DNA of 44,786 nt from NCBI GenBank assembly GCA_044375755.1, contig JBILMC010000001.1:1-44786 (forward strand), given 5' to 3'. Source of the DNA: Chitinophagaceae bacterium. GTDB taxonomy: Bacteria > Bacteroidota > Bacteroidia > Chitinophagales > Chitinophagaceae. The position numbers and the translations under genes were made by a program. A model generated the notes under the pieces. The model did not search any database and had not been told where the DNA came from. It worked only from the letters and a program-made list of their open reading frames with translations. Positions 1-10,452 of the stretch are shown piece by piece. How positions within the stretch are numbered: the stretch's first letter is position 1; each line of letters starts with the position of its first letter.

Positions 1-1012
1 CATCATCGGTTAGTACAGAAAGCGTATCCTGCCGTGGTGCATAAACATCACTTAACTCCTGGTCAACTGTTGCCACCACCGGTTGTGGATGAAGACCGAT
101 TGCTAATTCTTCTTCAATTTTTTGTTTGAATTCGTTGCGAATATCTGCCACATCAAAAGCTGTCAGTACTCCTTGCTCAATCAGATAACGCTCATAATTT
201 TTTATAGGGTCTTTTTGTTCCCATTCGGCAAATAATGCAGTAGGTACATATTTTGTGCCACTGGCCTCTTCATGTCCACGCATCCGAAAGGTCATGCATT
301 CAATCAAATAAGGTTTTTGGTGTTCAATACAATAATCACGCACCCCTTTTACTGTATCGTAAACAGTAAGAATATTATTGCCATCAATCTGTACTCCCTC
401 CATCCCATATCCTTTTGCTTTATCTACCAAACTCTCACATCGGTATTGTTCATTCACTGGAGTGCTCAGCCCATAGCCATTATTTTCGATAATGAAAATG
501 ACTGGCAAATTCCAAACTGCTGCTACATTGAGCGCTTCATGAAAATCTCCCTCACTAGTTCCGCCATCTCCCGAAAATGCCAAGGCTACTTTTTCTTTTT
601 TCGCTAATTGATAAGCGAGGGCAGCGCCATCTGCTACAGCAAGCTGAGGACCCAAGTGAGAAATCATCCCACAGATGTGATGAGCACTGCTACCAAAATG
701 AAAACTTCTTTCTCTGGCCTTGCTATATCCTTGTTGTGTACCCTGCCACTGTAAAAACAATTTATGCAAGGACATTTCTCTAGATGTAAACACCCCTAGA
801 TTTCGGTGCAAGGGCATAACCCATTCGTCTTTTTCGAGTGCTAGTGTAGCACCTACCGAAATCGCTTCTTGACCAATACCGCTGAACCATTTAGATATTT
901 TACCCTGCCGAAGTAAAACCAACATTTTTTCCTCGATCATTCGAGGCCATAACAACTGCCTGTAAAAAAACAAGAGTTGCTCGTTGGTTAAATTTTTTCG
1001 ATTAAAGGTCAT
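1..1012 (-). CDS. 2-oxoacid (branched-chain/pyruvate-type) dehydrogenase E1, alpha part of probable alpha/beta fusion; partial, runs off the window start
   Basis: Missing from the ORF track because no stop lies in the window. Manual translation from ATG at 1012 gives MTFNRKNLTNEQLL...RQGKISKWFSGIGQEA...PLHRNLG...GDGGTSEGDFHEALN...ENNGYGLST...RMRGHEEASG (TPP-binding GDG..N motif). The frame is still open at position 2. Confidence 0.9.
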   Translation of the reverse strand, partial: MTFNRKNLTNEQLLFFYRQLLWPRMIEEKMLVLLRQGKISKWFSGIGQEAISVGATLALEKDEWVMPLHRNLGVFTSREMSLHKLFLQWQGTQQGYSKARERSFHFGSSAHHICGMISHLGPQLAVADGAALAYQLAKKEKVALAFSGDGGTSEGDFHEALNVAAVWNLPVIFIIENNGYGLSTPVNEQYRCESLVDKAKGYGMEGVQIDGNNILTVYDTVKGVRDYCIEHQKPYLIECMTFRMRGHEEASGTKYVPTALFAEWEQKDPIKNYERYLIEQGVLTAFDVADIRNEFKQKIEEELAIGLHPQPVVATVDQELSDVYAPRQDTLSVLTDD

Positions 1013-1043
1013 ATCGTAAAGTTCCGAAAAACTAGGCTTCACG

Positions 1044-2324
1044 TCAAATCACTACTAACTCGTAAAAATCGTCGGGCTGAAGGTATTGCTGGGCTAACTC
1101 TCTTATTTGCTCAGCAGAGCAATTTCTGATCGTATCAATTGTTTTATAAAAATGAGCAGGCGGAAGTTCATTTAGGATCAAGTTTTTCCAACGCCCTATC
1201 AATTGAAAAGGACCATCTAAATCGCCTAATAATCCTCCCATCATATAATTACGCACTAACGACAACTCCTCTTCGCCGATGAGTGTTGTACGCAACTGTT
1301 CCATTTCTTTATAGACCTCATTAATAGTTGCCTCGCACACCTCCTTGCCCGCTTCTGTGCTGATCATCCAGGCAGAAGTTTGCTGTAAATTCAGTATGTA
1401 GCTATGAATACCATAAGTATACCCCTTATCTTCTCGAATATTACTCATGAGTCGAGATCCAAAAAATCCACCGAACACCGTATTAAGTACCAAGGCAGGA
1501 ATAAAGTCTGCATGATGTCGATTTGGAAAGGGTCGAGCCATCCGAATAGCACCCTGCATACCTGTTGCATCATTTTCGATTCGGTATTTTTTTTGAACGG
1601 CTTGTTTTGCAGGATGCGTTGGGAGCACTTGTGAAGTATTGGGAAGATCACCAAATAGCTGATTCAACGTACCAATTAGGCCAGCAGGAATTTTTCCTGC
1701 TACAAATAAAGCAAATTGCCCGTTTCGGTAATAACGATCATAAAAAGCAACTAGCTGATCTCGCTCTAATGCATCATATGCTTCTGCTGAACTAAACTTT
1801 CCATATGGATGCACTTCGCCAAATAAATAAGTATCAATCAAGCGGCCAGCGACAAAATCACACTTGCGTAGATTCACTGTGAGCCGTTGCTTCATATTCT
1901 GTTTATACAATCTCAATTCTTCTTCTGGAAAAACAGCATCTGTTAGTAATTCGCGAACCAATGGCAACAATTGGTTTACATGTTTGGAGAGACAATGTAA
2001 AGTTAGTGTTGCCTGCTCGTTGAAGCAACTGCGATTAAGATAAGCCCCTAAATAATCTACCTGCTCATCAATTTGATAAGAAGATTTGGTTGCAGTTCCA
2101 TTCTTTAATAAATAGTTGGTAGTAGCCGCCACCAGATTTTGATCTTCGTAAGAGTTGCCCGCCCAAAAAACCCACTCCAACTGCAAAACTTCTTCAGCGC
2201 CTGCATCAATCATATAAACAGGGACGTCATTATCTAATGTATGCTGTTCACATGGCTTCAACTCCAATTGATAATGGACTGCATCTACCAGTGGAGGCGC
2301 TTGTTTACGATTCAGGAGATTCAT
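1044..2324 (-). CDS. M16B family peptidase, non-catalytic subunit
   Basis: M16 C-terminal motif FGSRLMSNIREDKGYTYGI; the HxxEH position reads TNYLLKNGT (no Zn ligands); 4-nt overlap with the upstream M16 gene. Confidence 0.85.
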   Translation of the reverse strand: MNLLNRKQAPPLVDAVHYQLELKPCEQHTLDNDVPVYMIDAGAEEVLQLEWVFWAGNSYEDQNLVAATTNYLLKNGTATKSSYQIDEQVDYLGAYLNRSCFNEQATLTLHCLSKHVNQLLPLVRELLTDAVFPEEELRLYKQNMKQRLTVNLRKCDFVAGRLIDTYLFGEVHPYGKFSSAEAYDALERDQLVAFYDRYYRNGQFALFVAGKIPAGLIGTLNQLFGDLPNTSQVLPTHPAKQAVQKKYRIENDATGMQGAIRMARPFPNRHHADFIPALVLNTVFGGFFGSRLMSNIREDKGYTYGIHSYILNLQQTSAWMISTEAGKEVCEATINEVYKEMEQLRTTLIGEEELSLVRNYMMGGLLGDLDGPFQLIGRWKNLILNELPPAHFYKTIDTIRNCSAEQIRELAQQYLQPDDFYELVVI

Positions 2325-3559
2325 TTAGTAGCGTAATAATAAAGGGTGTTTGAATTTTCAGCTCGGAATAACTGATTACTGACTTTTTTAATTTGTGCAG
2401 TAGTCACGTTTGCATACTGCTGCAACTCTGCATTCATCCAGGCTGCATCACCTAGTAATTCGTAATAAGCCAAGCTACTGGCTCTACTCATCACACTCAT
2501 ATCTTCAAACGCAATCAAGCTTTCCGTTTTGTTTTTTACTTTCTGTAACTCTTTTTCCAAAGGCCCCTCTTTACAAATTTTATCAATCTCTATTTGCAAA
2601 GCTTGTTCTGCTTTTTCCATACTAATTCCCTCAACCAATTTTCCTTCAATAGTCAATAAACCAGGATCAGAACTTCCGAAATGATAGCAGTCAAGGTGCA
2701 CAAAAAGCTTTTGCTCTTTTACCAACTGTTGATACAGGCGCGAAGAGTTGTTCCCGCCCAATATATCAGTCAGTAGGTCGGTAGCGTGATAGTCTTCGCC
2801 TAATCTTCCGGCCATATGCCAGGTTTTACAAAGAAGATCAAGCGGCACAGCAGCATGCATTTCTTTTTGACGCGCCTTTGACTGAGGAGGCTCCTGCGGT
2901 AATTGACGATTATATTTTTTTCCGGATGGAATATCCCCAAACCACTTTTCTGCCAAGGCCATTACTTTTCCGGCATGCACATTTCCTGCCACTACTAAAA
3001 TAGCGTTACAAGGTGTATAATGTTTGAAGAAGAAATCTTTCACTTGTTGTAGTTGAGCTTGTTCAATGTGTGCCAATTCTTTTCCGATTGTCATCCATTG
3101 GTAAGGATGAACCTGATAAGCTAATTGCCGCATCGTATGCCACACATCACCATAGGGTTTATTCAAATAGTTCTCCTTGAACTCTTCACATACTACTTTT
3201 CGCTGCGTAGCTAAACTTTTCTCATTAAAGGCCAATGACAGCATACGGTCACTCTCTAACCAAAATGCAGTTTCCAAATTATCTGCAGGTAACTGGATAT
3301 AATAATTAGTCAAATCATTTGTGGTGTACGCATTATTTTCTCCGCCTGCCATTTGCAAGGGTTCATCATAGTCGGGAATGTTCACAGAACCTCCGAACAT
3401 TAAATGCTCAAATAAATGTGCAAAGCCAGTTTGTTGAGGATTTTCATCACGAGCCCCTACATCATACAACACATTCACAACCGCCATAGGCGTTGAAACA
3501 TCGGTATGAACCAATACACGTAAACCGTTTTGTAATACGAAGCGTTCAAATTGTATCAT
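2321..3559 (-). CDS. M16B family zinc peptidase, catalytic subunit
   Basis: GFAHLFEHLMF inverted zincin motif, NAYTT, and downstream VVCEE. Confidence 0.92.
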   Translation of the reverse strand: MIQFERFVLQNGLRVLVHTDVSTPMAVVNVLYDVGARDENPQQTGFAHLFEHLMFGGSVNIPDYDEPLQMAGGENNAYTTNDLTNYYIQLPADNLETAFWLESDRMLSLAFNEKSLATQRKVVCEEFKENYLNKPYGDVWHTMRQLAYQVHPYQWMTIGKELAHIEQAQLQQVKDFFFKHYTPCNAILVVAGNVHAGKVMALAEKWFGDIPSGKKYNRQLPQEPPQSKARQKEMHAAVPLDLLCKTWHMAGRLGEDYHATDLLTDILGGNNSSRLYQQLVKEQKLFVHLDCYHFGSSDPGLLTIEGKLVEGISMEKAEQALQIEIDKICKEGPLEKELQKVKNKTESLIAFEDMSVMSRASSLAYYELLGDAAWMNAELQQYANVTTAQIKKVSNQLFRAENSNTLYYYATK

Positions 3560-3566
3560 GAACCTA

Positions 3567-3574
3567 CAAAGTTA
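3567..3574 (-). promoter_or_regulatory. Bacteroidota sigma-A -7 element (TAACTTTG) for the M16 operon
   Basis: CAAAGTTA on + strand is TAACTTTG on -, 7 nt before ATG 3559. Confidence 0.7.
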
Positions 3575-3606
3575 ACTCATACCAAGGGTTTCTTGCCCAT
3601 GAACTG

Positions 3607-3614
3607 TAACTTTG
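3607..3614 (+). promoter_or_regulatory. Bacteroidota -7 element (TAACTTTG) for mqnC
   Basis: Exact TAnnTTTG match, 4 nt before ATG 3619. Confidence 0.7.
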
Positions 3615-3618
3615 CAAT

Positions 3619-4743
3619 ATGTATACAGACGAACTGCTCCATCGTGCCCTGCAATTTGAATTTTTAACCAAAGAAGAAGGGCTCCACTTATTTTCCAAAG
3701 CCCCATTACCTGATTTAATGAATGTGGCAGACGAGCTACGAAAGCTGCAAGTACCGCATGGTAAAGTAACCTGGCAGATCGATCGAAATGTAAACACCAC
3801 TAACGTGTGTATTGCCAATTGTAAGTTTTGCAATTTCTATCGCATTCCTGGACATCCTGAAGCATACATCACGAACATGGACACCTATCGGAAAAAAATT
3901 AAAGAGACCATACGGTACGGGGGAGATCAGCTGTTATTGCAAGGTGGACACCATCCAGAGTTAGGTCTTCAGTTTTATGTAGACACGTTTCGCGCTATCA
4001 AGGCTGAATTTCCGGATATACGTTTACATGCCTTAGGCCCTCCGGAAATTGCACACATCACTAAATTGGAAAAGAGCACACATCACGAAGTATTAAAAGC
4101 ATTACAGGAGGCTGGTCTAGATTCTTTACCCGGAGCAGGCGCAGAAATATTAGTTGACAGAGTACGTCGGTTAGTATCCAACGGAAAATGTGGTGCACAA
4201 GAGTGGTTAGATGTTATGCATGAAGCGCACAAATTGAATATTACTACTTCTGCTACCATGATGTTTGGTCATGTGGAAACCCTTGAAGAACGATTTGAAC
4301 ATTTGATTAAAATCCGTGAAGTACAATCGCGTAAACCTGATTTTGCAAAAGGCTTCTTAGCATTTATTCCTTGGACCTTCCAAGATGTAGATACTTTGTT
4401 GGCGGAAATCCGCGGGGTACACAACCTAACTACAAAAGAAGAATACATCCGCATGATTTCGATTAGTCGAATCATGCTCCCGAATGTAAAAAATATACAA
4501 GCCAGTTGGCTTACGGTTGGGAAAGAAACTGCTGGGGTTTGCTTACATGCTGGTGCTAATGATTATGGATCGATTATGATCGAAGAAAATGTAGTAAGTG
4601 CAGCTGGGGCGCCTCATCGATTTACTTCACGTACTATTCAAGAAGCCATTCGCGAAGCAGGATTTGAACCACAGTTACGCAATCAGGAATATGAGTGGAG
4701 AGAATTACCTGCTGAAATGGAAGAGCAGGTTATCAATTATTAA
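3619..4743 (+). CDS. mqnC: Cyclic dehypoxanthinyl futalosine synthase (radical SAM, CofH/MqnC family)
   Basis: IDRNVNTTNVCIANCKFCNF CxxxCxxC motif, LLLQGGHHP, SLPGAGAEIL, SATMMFGHVE, FIPWTFQ, IQASW, MIEENVVSAAG. Confidence 0.88.
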   Translation: MYTDELLHRALQFEFLTKEEGLHLFSKAPLPDLMNVADELRKLQVPHGKVTWQIDRNVNTTNVCIANCKFCNFYRIPGHPEAYITNMDTYRKKIKETIRYGGDQLLLQGGHHPELGLQFYVDTFRAIKAEFPDIRLHALGPPEIAHITKLEKSTHHEVLKALQEAGLDSLPGAGAEILVDRVRRLVSNGKCGAQEWLDVMHEAHKLNITTSATMMFGHVETLEERFEHLIKIREVQSRKPDFAKGFLAFIPWTFQDVDTLLAEIRGVHNLTTKEEYIRMISISRIMLPNVKNIQASWLTVGKETAGVCLHAGANDYGSIMIEENVVSAAGAPHRFTSRTIQEAIREAGFEPQLRNQEYEWRELPAEMEEQVINY

Positions 4744-5882
4744 TAGTTTGCCAGTCTTTCTACGGCCTGCTCAATCGTTTCTTTTTTCTTAGAAAAACAA
4801 AAACGAAGCACTTTATCATCCTTCCCATCGGCATAAAATGCAGATACAGGAATAGTAGTGACGCCTGCCTCTTTTGTTAATCGAACTGCAAAATCCATAT
4901 CACCTTCCTCGCTGATCTGATCGTATTTAGCACAAATAAAATAACTGCCATAGCTAGGCAATAGTGTAAATCTGGTATCTTTCATTTGGTCAATAAAAAA
5001 GTCCCTCTTCTGTTGCATCAAACCAGAGAGTGTCAGATAAGCATCTCTGTTTTGCAAAAAAGAAGCCAATGCAACCTGCGTAGGCGTAAAACAACTGAAT
5101 GCATTAAACTGATGAATTTTTCTGAATTCTTTCATCAACGTTGCAGGTGCAATACAATAGCCGAGCTTCCATCCAGTGCAGTTGTATACTTTTCCAAATG
5201 AAAAACAAACAAAGCTTCTTGCAAATAGATCAGGATAGCGAAGAATACTCTGATGCGAAATACCATCAAATATCAAATGCTCATATACCTCGTCACTCAA
5301 TATTAGTATAGAAGTTCCCTCAACTGTTTTTCTAAGTTCCTCAATATCTGTCGCACTGATTACAGCTCCGGTTGGATTATGGGGAGAGTTGATGAGAATG
5401 GCACGTGTACGAGGCGTAATTGCTGCACGCACTGCATTCCAATCTATGTGATAATCGGGATACACTAATGGAATACGAACCGCTTTTGCCCCGTTGACTT
5501 CTATATTAGGAATATAGCTGTCATAAGCAGGTTCAAATAGGATCACTTCGTCGCCGGATTGTAAAAAAGAAGTAAATGCTGAATAAATCGCATAAGTACC
5601 GCCGGGTGTGATCGTGATTTCAGAATCGGGGTTTACACGTGAGCCATATAAATAATGAACCTTTTCCGCAATGGCTTCGCGCAAAGGCATCCATCCAGGC
5701 ATAGGCGCATATTGATTATACTGATCGCGCATAGCCTTAGCCACCAATTCGATCAGCTCCTCGCTCATTGGGAAATCGGGGAAACCCTGACCCAGGTTTA
5801 CCGCCTTATGCTCGGCAGCTAACGCACTCATCGTTGCGAAGATGGTAGTGCCTACAGCAGGAAGTTTGGATGTGATTTGCAT
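4740..5882 (-). CDS. ybdL: PLP-dependent methionine/glutamine aminotransferase (YbdL type)
   Basis: SKLPAVGTTIF, NLGQGFPDF, NSPHNPTG, DEVYEH, SFGKVYNCTGWKLGY (PLP lysine), LRFCFSK. Confidence 0.85.
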   Translation of the reverse strand: MQITSKLPAVGTTIFATMSALAAEHKAVNLGQGFPDFPMSEELIELVAKAMRDQYNQYAPMPGWMPLREAIAEKVHYLYGSRVNPDSEITITPGGTYAIYSAFTSFLQSGDEVILFEPAYDSYIPNIEVNGAKAVRIPLVYPDYHIDWNAVRAAITPRTRAILINSPHNPTGAVISATDIEELRKTVEGTSILILSDEVYEHLIFDGISHQSILRYPDLFARSFVCFSFGKVYNCTGWKLGYCIAPATLMKEFRKIHQFNAFSCFTPTQVALASFLQNRDAYLTLSGLMQQKRDFFIDQMKDTRFTLLPSYGSYFICAKYDQISEEGDMDFAVRLTKEAGVTTIPVSAFYADGKDDKVLRFCFSKKKETIEQAVERLANY

Positions 5883-5887
5883 GAAAA

Positions 5888-6970
5888 TTATAAATAATGT
5901 TCGCCCATGTTTCTTTTAACCTCTGCCACATACTCTTTGATCTGCTGCTCTTTTTCTTTTTTGCAAATCAGTAACACATCGTCAGTATCTACAATGATAT
6001 AATCACGTAATCCTTGTAACAAAACCAACTTCTTATCGGATGCATGAACCATACAATTATTAGCATCCACCACCATAACTTGTTTACCTACTACTGCATT
6101 ACCAAAATAGTCTTTCTCCATATTGTCCCAAGCACTATTCCAGGTACCCAGATCACTCCATCCAAAACTAGCAGGGATCACAAACACATTCGATGCTTTT
6201 TCCATTACACCAAAATCAACAGAGATATTAGTACACTGCGGATAAATCCGTTCTATTGCAGTTCGCTCAGTGGGTGAATTAAAATGCTCACGTTCTGCTG
6301 CAAAAATTTCATATACCTCTGCTAAATGTTTTTCAAACGCGTGCAAAATGTTTTTGACTTTCCATGTAAAGATGCCTGCATTCCATAAAAAATCGCCACT
6401 GGCGATAAACGCTTTAGCAATTTCTTCATTTGGTTTTTCGGTAAATGTTTTTACTTTATAAACATCGGTAGCAGCAGCCATCAGTTCGTGCTGTATATAT
6501 CCATATCCTGTATTGGGATGAGTAGGCTTGACACCAATTGTCACTAACGCATTGACCGAATCAACAAAGTCGAGTGCCTTTTGTGCAGTACTAATAAATT
6601 GATCCGTTTCTGTAACCAGGTGGTCAGCAGGTGCAGCAATCATGACGGCATCTGGATCTTTTGCCTGCAAATGAAAAGCAATGTATGCTATACACGCAGC
6701 CGTATTTTTTCTGGAAGGTTCTGCTAAAATATTTGCAGCGGGCAATTCGGGCAATTGCTCCCGAACAATTGACACATACTCATGTGAAGTAACCACGTAA
6801 ACGTTTTCAGCAGGCACTACTTTGCTATACCGATCATAACTCTGTTGAATAAGCGTTCTTCCTATTCCCAATATATCCAAAAACTGTTTGGGGTAACGCG
6901 TTCTGCTCATTGGCCAGAATCGACTTCCAATTCCCCCCGCCATGATGGCTACGTACTGATTTTTTTTCAT
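5888..6970 (-). CDS. manC: Mannose-1-phosphate guanylyltransferase
   Basis: IMAGGIGSRFWPMSR, PKQFL, EPSRKNTA, GYGYI, FTEKP, WNAGIF, WSDLGTW. Confidence 0.9.
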   Translation of the reverse strand: MKKNQYVAIMAGGIGSRFWPMSRTRYPKQFLDILGIGRTLIQQSYDRYSKVVPAENVYVVTSHEYVSIVREQLPELPAANILAEPSRKNTAACIAYIAFHLQAKDPDAVMIAAPADHLVTETDQFISTAQKALDFVDSVNALVTIGVKPTHPNTGYGYIQHELMAAATDVYKVKTFTEKPNEEIAKAFIASGDFLWNAGIFTWKVKNILHAFEKHLAEVYEIFAAEREHFNSPTERTAIERIYPQCTNISVDFGVMEKASNVFVIPASFGWSDLGTWNSAWDNMEKDYFGNAVVGKQVMVVDANNCMVHASDKKLVLLQGLRDYIIVDTDDVLLICKKEKEQQIKEYVAEVKRNMGEHYL

Positions 6971-6981
6971 AGGTTATTCGG

Positions 6982-7944
6982 TCATAAGAGTCCCTCACGC
7001 AACAAATCGTGGATATGAATGATGCCAAGGTATTGTTGGTTTTGTGCAATGGCCACCTGCGTGATCTTATTTTTTCGAAGTAAGTCTAATGCAGATACCG
7101 CTAATTCATCAGGTGCGATTGTTACAGGATGCTGCGTCATGATCTGACCTGCAGACATGTCATCTATTGGAATATTTTTTTCAAGCAAGCGACGCAAATC
7201 CCCATCGGTGATAATACCCACCAACTTATCTGCATCATCTATAACTGCTGTAACCCCCAAACGACTTGCAGTCATCGTTACAATTACATCACGTAAAGAT
7301 TGAGACACATATACAACCGGCTTTTCATTTTGAACAGCCAAGTCCTGAACGCGGAGGTATAGTTTTTTTCCAAGTGCTCCTCCAGGATGAAATTTGGCAA
7401 AATCAGTCGATTTAAATCCTTTTAGCTCCATTAGGCAAATAGCCAATGCATCGCCCATGACCAGTTGAGCAGTAGTGCTGCTAGTGGGTGCCAGATTGTT
7501 AGGGCAGGCTTCTTGTTCTACTGTTGTATCTAGAACCAAGGAAGATTGACTAGCTAAAAAAGAATTGGTGTTCCCTACAATAGCAATTAGTGTGTTGCCA
7601 AAATTTTTGATTAACTGAACCAATACTTTGATCTCCGGACTTTCGCCACTTTTACTTAGAATCACCACAACATCATCCTGCTGAATCATTCCCAGGTCAC
7701 CATGAATGGCATCGGCTGCGTGCATGAAAATGGAAGGCGTACCCGTAGAATTAAAAGTGGCTACCATCTTTTGTGCAATCACAGCGCTCTTTCCAATTCC
7801 GCTGATTACTACACGGCCTTTAGTAGAAGCCAACGCTTCTACCGCTTTTACGAATTCATCAGTAATGGAAGATCGTAACCCCTCAATAGAACGGGCCTCT
7901 AATTCAAGTGTTCGCAGTGCGGTTTTTTTGATTAACTCCTTCAT
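6982..7944 (-). CDS. kdsD: KpsF/GutQ family arabinose-5-phosphate isomerase (SIS + CBS domains)
   Basis: GIGKS, HGDLG, SKSGES, EACPNNLAPTSST, FHPGGALG, GIITDGDLRR. Start is ATG 7944 or GTG 7974. Confidence 0.88.
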   Translation of the reverse strand: MKELIKKTALRTLELEARSIEGLRSSITDEFVKAVEALASTKGRVVISGIGKSAVIAQKMVATFNSTGTPSIFMHAADAIHGDLGMIQQDDVVVILSKSGESPEIKVLVQLIKNFGNTLIAIVGNTNSFLASQSSLVLDTTVEQEACPNNLAPTSSTTAQLVMGDALAICLMELKGFKSTDFAKFHPGGALGKKLYLRVQDLAVQNEKPVVYVSQSLRDVIVTMTASRLGVTAVIDDADKLVGIITDGDLRRLLEKNIPIDDMSAGQIMTQHPVTIAPDELAVSALDLLRKNKITQVAIAQNQQYLGIIHIHDLLREGLL

Positions 7945-7996
7945 AGGCCAGAGATCGGTCTGCTTCACTTTCACGCTTTACTTGACTTAAAGAGGT

Positions 7997-8004
7997 CAAA
8001 ATTA
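7997..8004 (-). promoter_or_regulatory. -7 element (TAATTTTG) for the kdsD-manC-ybdL operon
   Basis: CAAAATTA on + strand. Confidence 0.6.
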
Positions 8005-8096
8005 GTCCATTTAAAAAAGAAAAGTCAGGTGTTTATTAATGTGGAATTTTAACTAAACAACCCTTCCACAAGAGTGTTATATAGATTATATTCGTC

Positions 8097-8115
8097 TGAT
8101 ACCCGGCGGGTATCA
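8097..8115. repeat. Near-perfect 19-bp palindrome TGATACCCG-G-CGGGTATCA upstream of recQ
   Basis: 9-bp arms read directly from the sequence. Confidence 0.85.
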
Positions 8116-8176
8116 AAAAAACCAAATAAATCCTAATTTTTATCAGATAACACTGATAATCAAAATTTTACGAATC

Positions 8177-10423
8177 TTGCCCTCTGTTAAAAAAATAGCT
8201 CGAAATAGATCAATTTCCAAGCCAGCTAAAAAGGTAGACTTACACCAAGCCCTTCAGCACTTCTTTGGGTTCACGAAATTTAAAGGAACGCAGGAAAAGG
8301 CTATCGAAAGCTTACTTGCTGGTCGGGACACCTTTGTGATTATGCCCACGGGGGGCGGTAAAAGCCTTTGTTACCAATTGCCCGCATTGATGAGTGAAGG
8401 GGTTGCCATTTTTGTTTCACCACTGATAGCACTGATGAAAAATCAGGTTGATCTAGTGAGAGGTTTCAGTAGTCAAGACCATGTTGCACACTTTTTAAAC
8501 TCTACCTTATCTAAAAAGGAGATTAAAGTTGTGCAGGAGGATTTGCAAAGTGGTAAAACCAAGATGCTTTATGTAGCACCTGAGACATTATCAAAGCAAG
8601 AAAATATTGAACTGTTTGCATCATTACCTATTTCCTTTTTTGCAGTAGACGAAGCACATTGTATTTCTGAATGGGGTCATGATTTCAGACCAGAATATAG
8701 ACGCCTTCGTGAGATGATGACACAAATCAACCCTGATGTCCCAGTTATGGCCTTAACAGCCACTGCAACACCAAAGGTTCAAAGTGATATTGTAAAAAAT
8801 CTGGACCTGCGCAATCCCAATATTTTTATTTCTTCATTCAATAGGCCTAATCTTTATTACGAAGTTCTTCCCAAGATTAAAAAAGCACAAACAGATGAAA
8901 GCATCGTTCGCTTTATCAAGGGAATGAAAACCAAAAGTGGCATCATTTATACATTAAATCGCAAAACGACCGAAGAGCTTGCAGACGTTTTAAATGCAAA
9001 TGGTATTAAGGCTGTGGCGTATCATGCCGGTTTAGACACTAAGTTGCGTGCAGAAAGACAGGATCAGTTTTTAGGTGAGGACGTCCAGGTAATTTGTGCT
9101 ACCATAGCTTTTGGAATGGGAATTGATAAACCGGACATCCGATTCGTAATTCACTATAACATTCCAAAAAGTATTGAAAACTACTACCAGGAAACCGGAC
9201 GTGCTGGGCGAGACGGGTTAGAAGGTCGCTGTGTTCTTTATTATTCACACAAAGACGTTTCAAAACTGGAACATCTTATGCGAGATAAGCCACTTAGCGA
9301 GAGAGAGGTTGGCGCTCAGTTGATCAATGAAACAGTTGCATTTGCTGAAACAGGTGTATGTCGAAGAAAAGTGTTGATGAGTTATTTTGGAGAAACGTAT
9401 GAGACAAAAAATTGTGGGCAATGCGACAATTGTAAACATCCTAAAGAACAAATTGAAGCTAAACAGGAAGCCCAATTAGTTTTAAAAGCCATTCAGCAAT
9501 TAGATGAACGATTTGCTACCGAATACATTGTACACATACTCACAGGTAAGCTAACTCCTCAAGTCACTATGTTTCGCCATGAGGGTATTGATGCCTTTGC
9601 CAGCGGAAATGACAAGGATCCATTTTTTTGGCAATCACTAATTCGGCAAATGATTTTAGAAGGATTATTACGTAAAGACATCGAAGAGTATGGTGTAATA
9701 AAATTCACAAAAAAAGGAGAGGCCTTTTTAAAAAAGCCAAAACCCTTCTCTATTGTATTGAATAAGCTATATGAAAATGCAGATGGGGAAGATGATTGGG
9801 AAGTTGCAGAAGAAAGTAATGAAATTGCAGTAGACGAGGTATTATTCAAGCAGCTCCTTGAACTAAGACAACAAGAAGCGAAAAAGAAATCGCTTCCTCC
9901 CTTTGTTATTTTTCTGGAATCTTCCTTGCGAGATATGGCAACCACCTATCCCATCAACTTGGAAGGCCTTGAAAAATGCCAGGGCGTGAGCAAGGGAAAA
10001 GCACTTAAATACGGGAAGCCATTCGTGGAATTGATTGCTAAGTATGCCGAGGAAAATAATATTGAAAGACCAGATGATTTTGTGATGAAGAGCGTGGTCA
10101 ATAAAAGTGGCAACAAGGTTTATATCATCCAGAATACAGATAAAAAAGTTCCCCTTGAAACAATCGCGCGTAACAAAGGGTGGAGCATGGACGAATTGCT
10201 CGAAGAAATGGAGACCATCGCAGCCAGTGGCACCCGTCTCAATCTGGACTATGCCATTGATGAGTTATTAGACCAGAACGAACAAGAAGAAATTCTGGAC
10301 TACTTTAAAGGATGCGAAACCTCTTCGTTACAGGTTGCACAAGAAGAATTGTCAGACTATAACTTTAATTGGGAACAGCTCAAAATCATGCGTATTAAAT
10401 TCCTGAATAAATACGGCATGTAA
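8177..10423 (+). CDS. recQ: ATP-dependent DNA helicase RecQ
   Basis: [49 protein letters not shown], Zn-binding CRR..CGQCDNC, followed by RQC and HRDC regions. TTG start. Confidence 0.95.
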   Translation: MPSVKKIARNRSISKPAKKVDLHQALQHFFGFTKFKGTQEKAIESLLAGRDTFVIMPTGGGKSLCYQLPALMSEGVAIFVSPLIALMKNQVDLVRGFSSQDHVAHFLNSTLSKKEIKVVQEDLQSGKTKMLYVAPETLSKQENIELFASLPISFFAVDEAHCISEWGHDFRPEYRRLREMMTQINPDVPVMALTATATPKVQSDIVKNLDLRNPNIFISSFNRPNLYYEVLPKIKKAQTDESIVRFIKGMKTKSGIIYTLNRKTTEELADVLNANGIKAVAYHAGLDTKLRAERQDQFLGEDVQVICATIAFGMGIDKPDIRFVIHYNIPKSIENYYQETGRAGRDGLEGRCVLYYSHKDVSKLEHLMRDKPLSEREVGAQLINETVAFAETGVCRRKVLMSYFGETYETKNCGQCDNCKHPKEQIEAKQEAQLVLKAIQQLDERFATEYIVHILTGKLTPQVTMFRHEGIDAFASGNDKDPFFWQSLIRQMILEGLLRKDIEEYGVIKFTKKGEAFLKKPKPFSIVLNKLYENADGEDDWEVAEESNEIAVDEVLFKQLLELRQQEAKKKSLPPFVIFLESSLRDMATTYPINLEGLEKCQGVSKGKALKYGKPFVELIAKYAEENNIERPDDFVMKSVVNKSGNKVYIIQNTDKKVPLETIARNKGWSMDELLEEMETIAASGTRLNLDYAIDELLDQNEQEEILDYFKGCETSSLQVAQEELSDYNFNWEQLKIMRIKFLNKYGM

Positions 10424-10452
10424 TGAGACCCAAATTCTGAAATAGCTACCAA

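Noticed and set aside
272-783. Plus-strand ORFs 272..607 and 577..783
   Set aside because: Antisense shadows of the E1 dehydrogenase gene on the minus strand, which has clear motifs.
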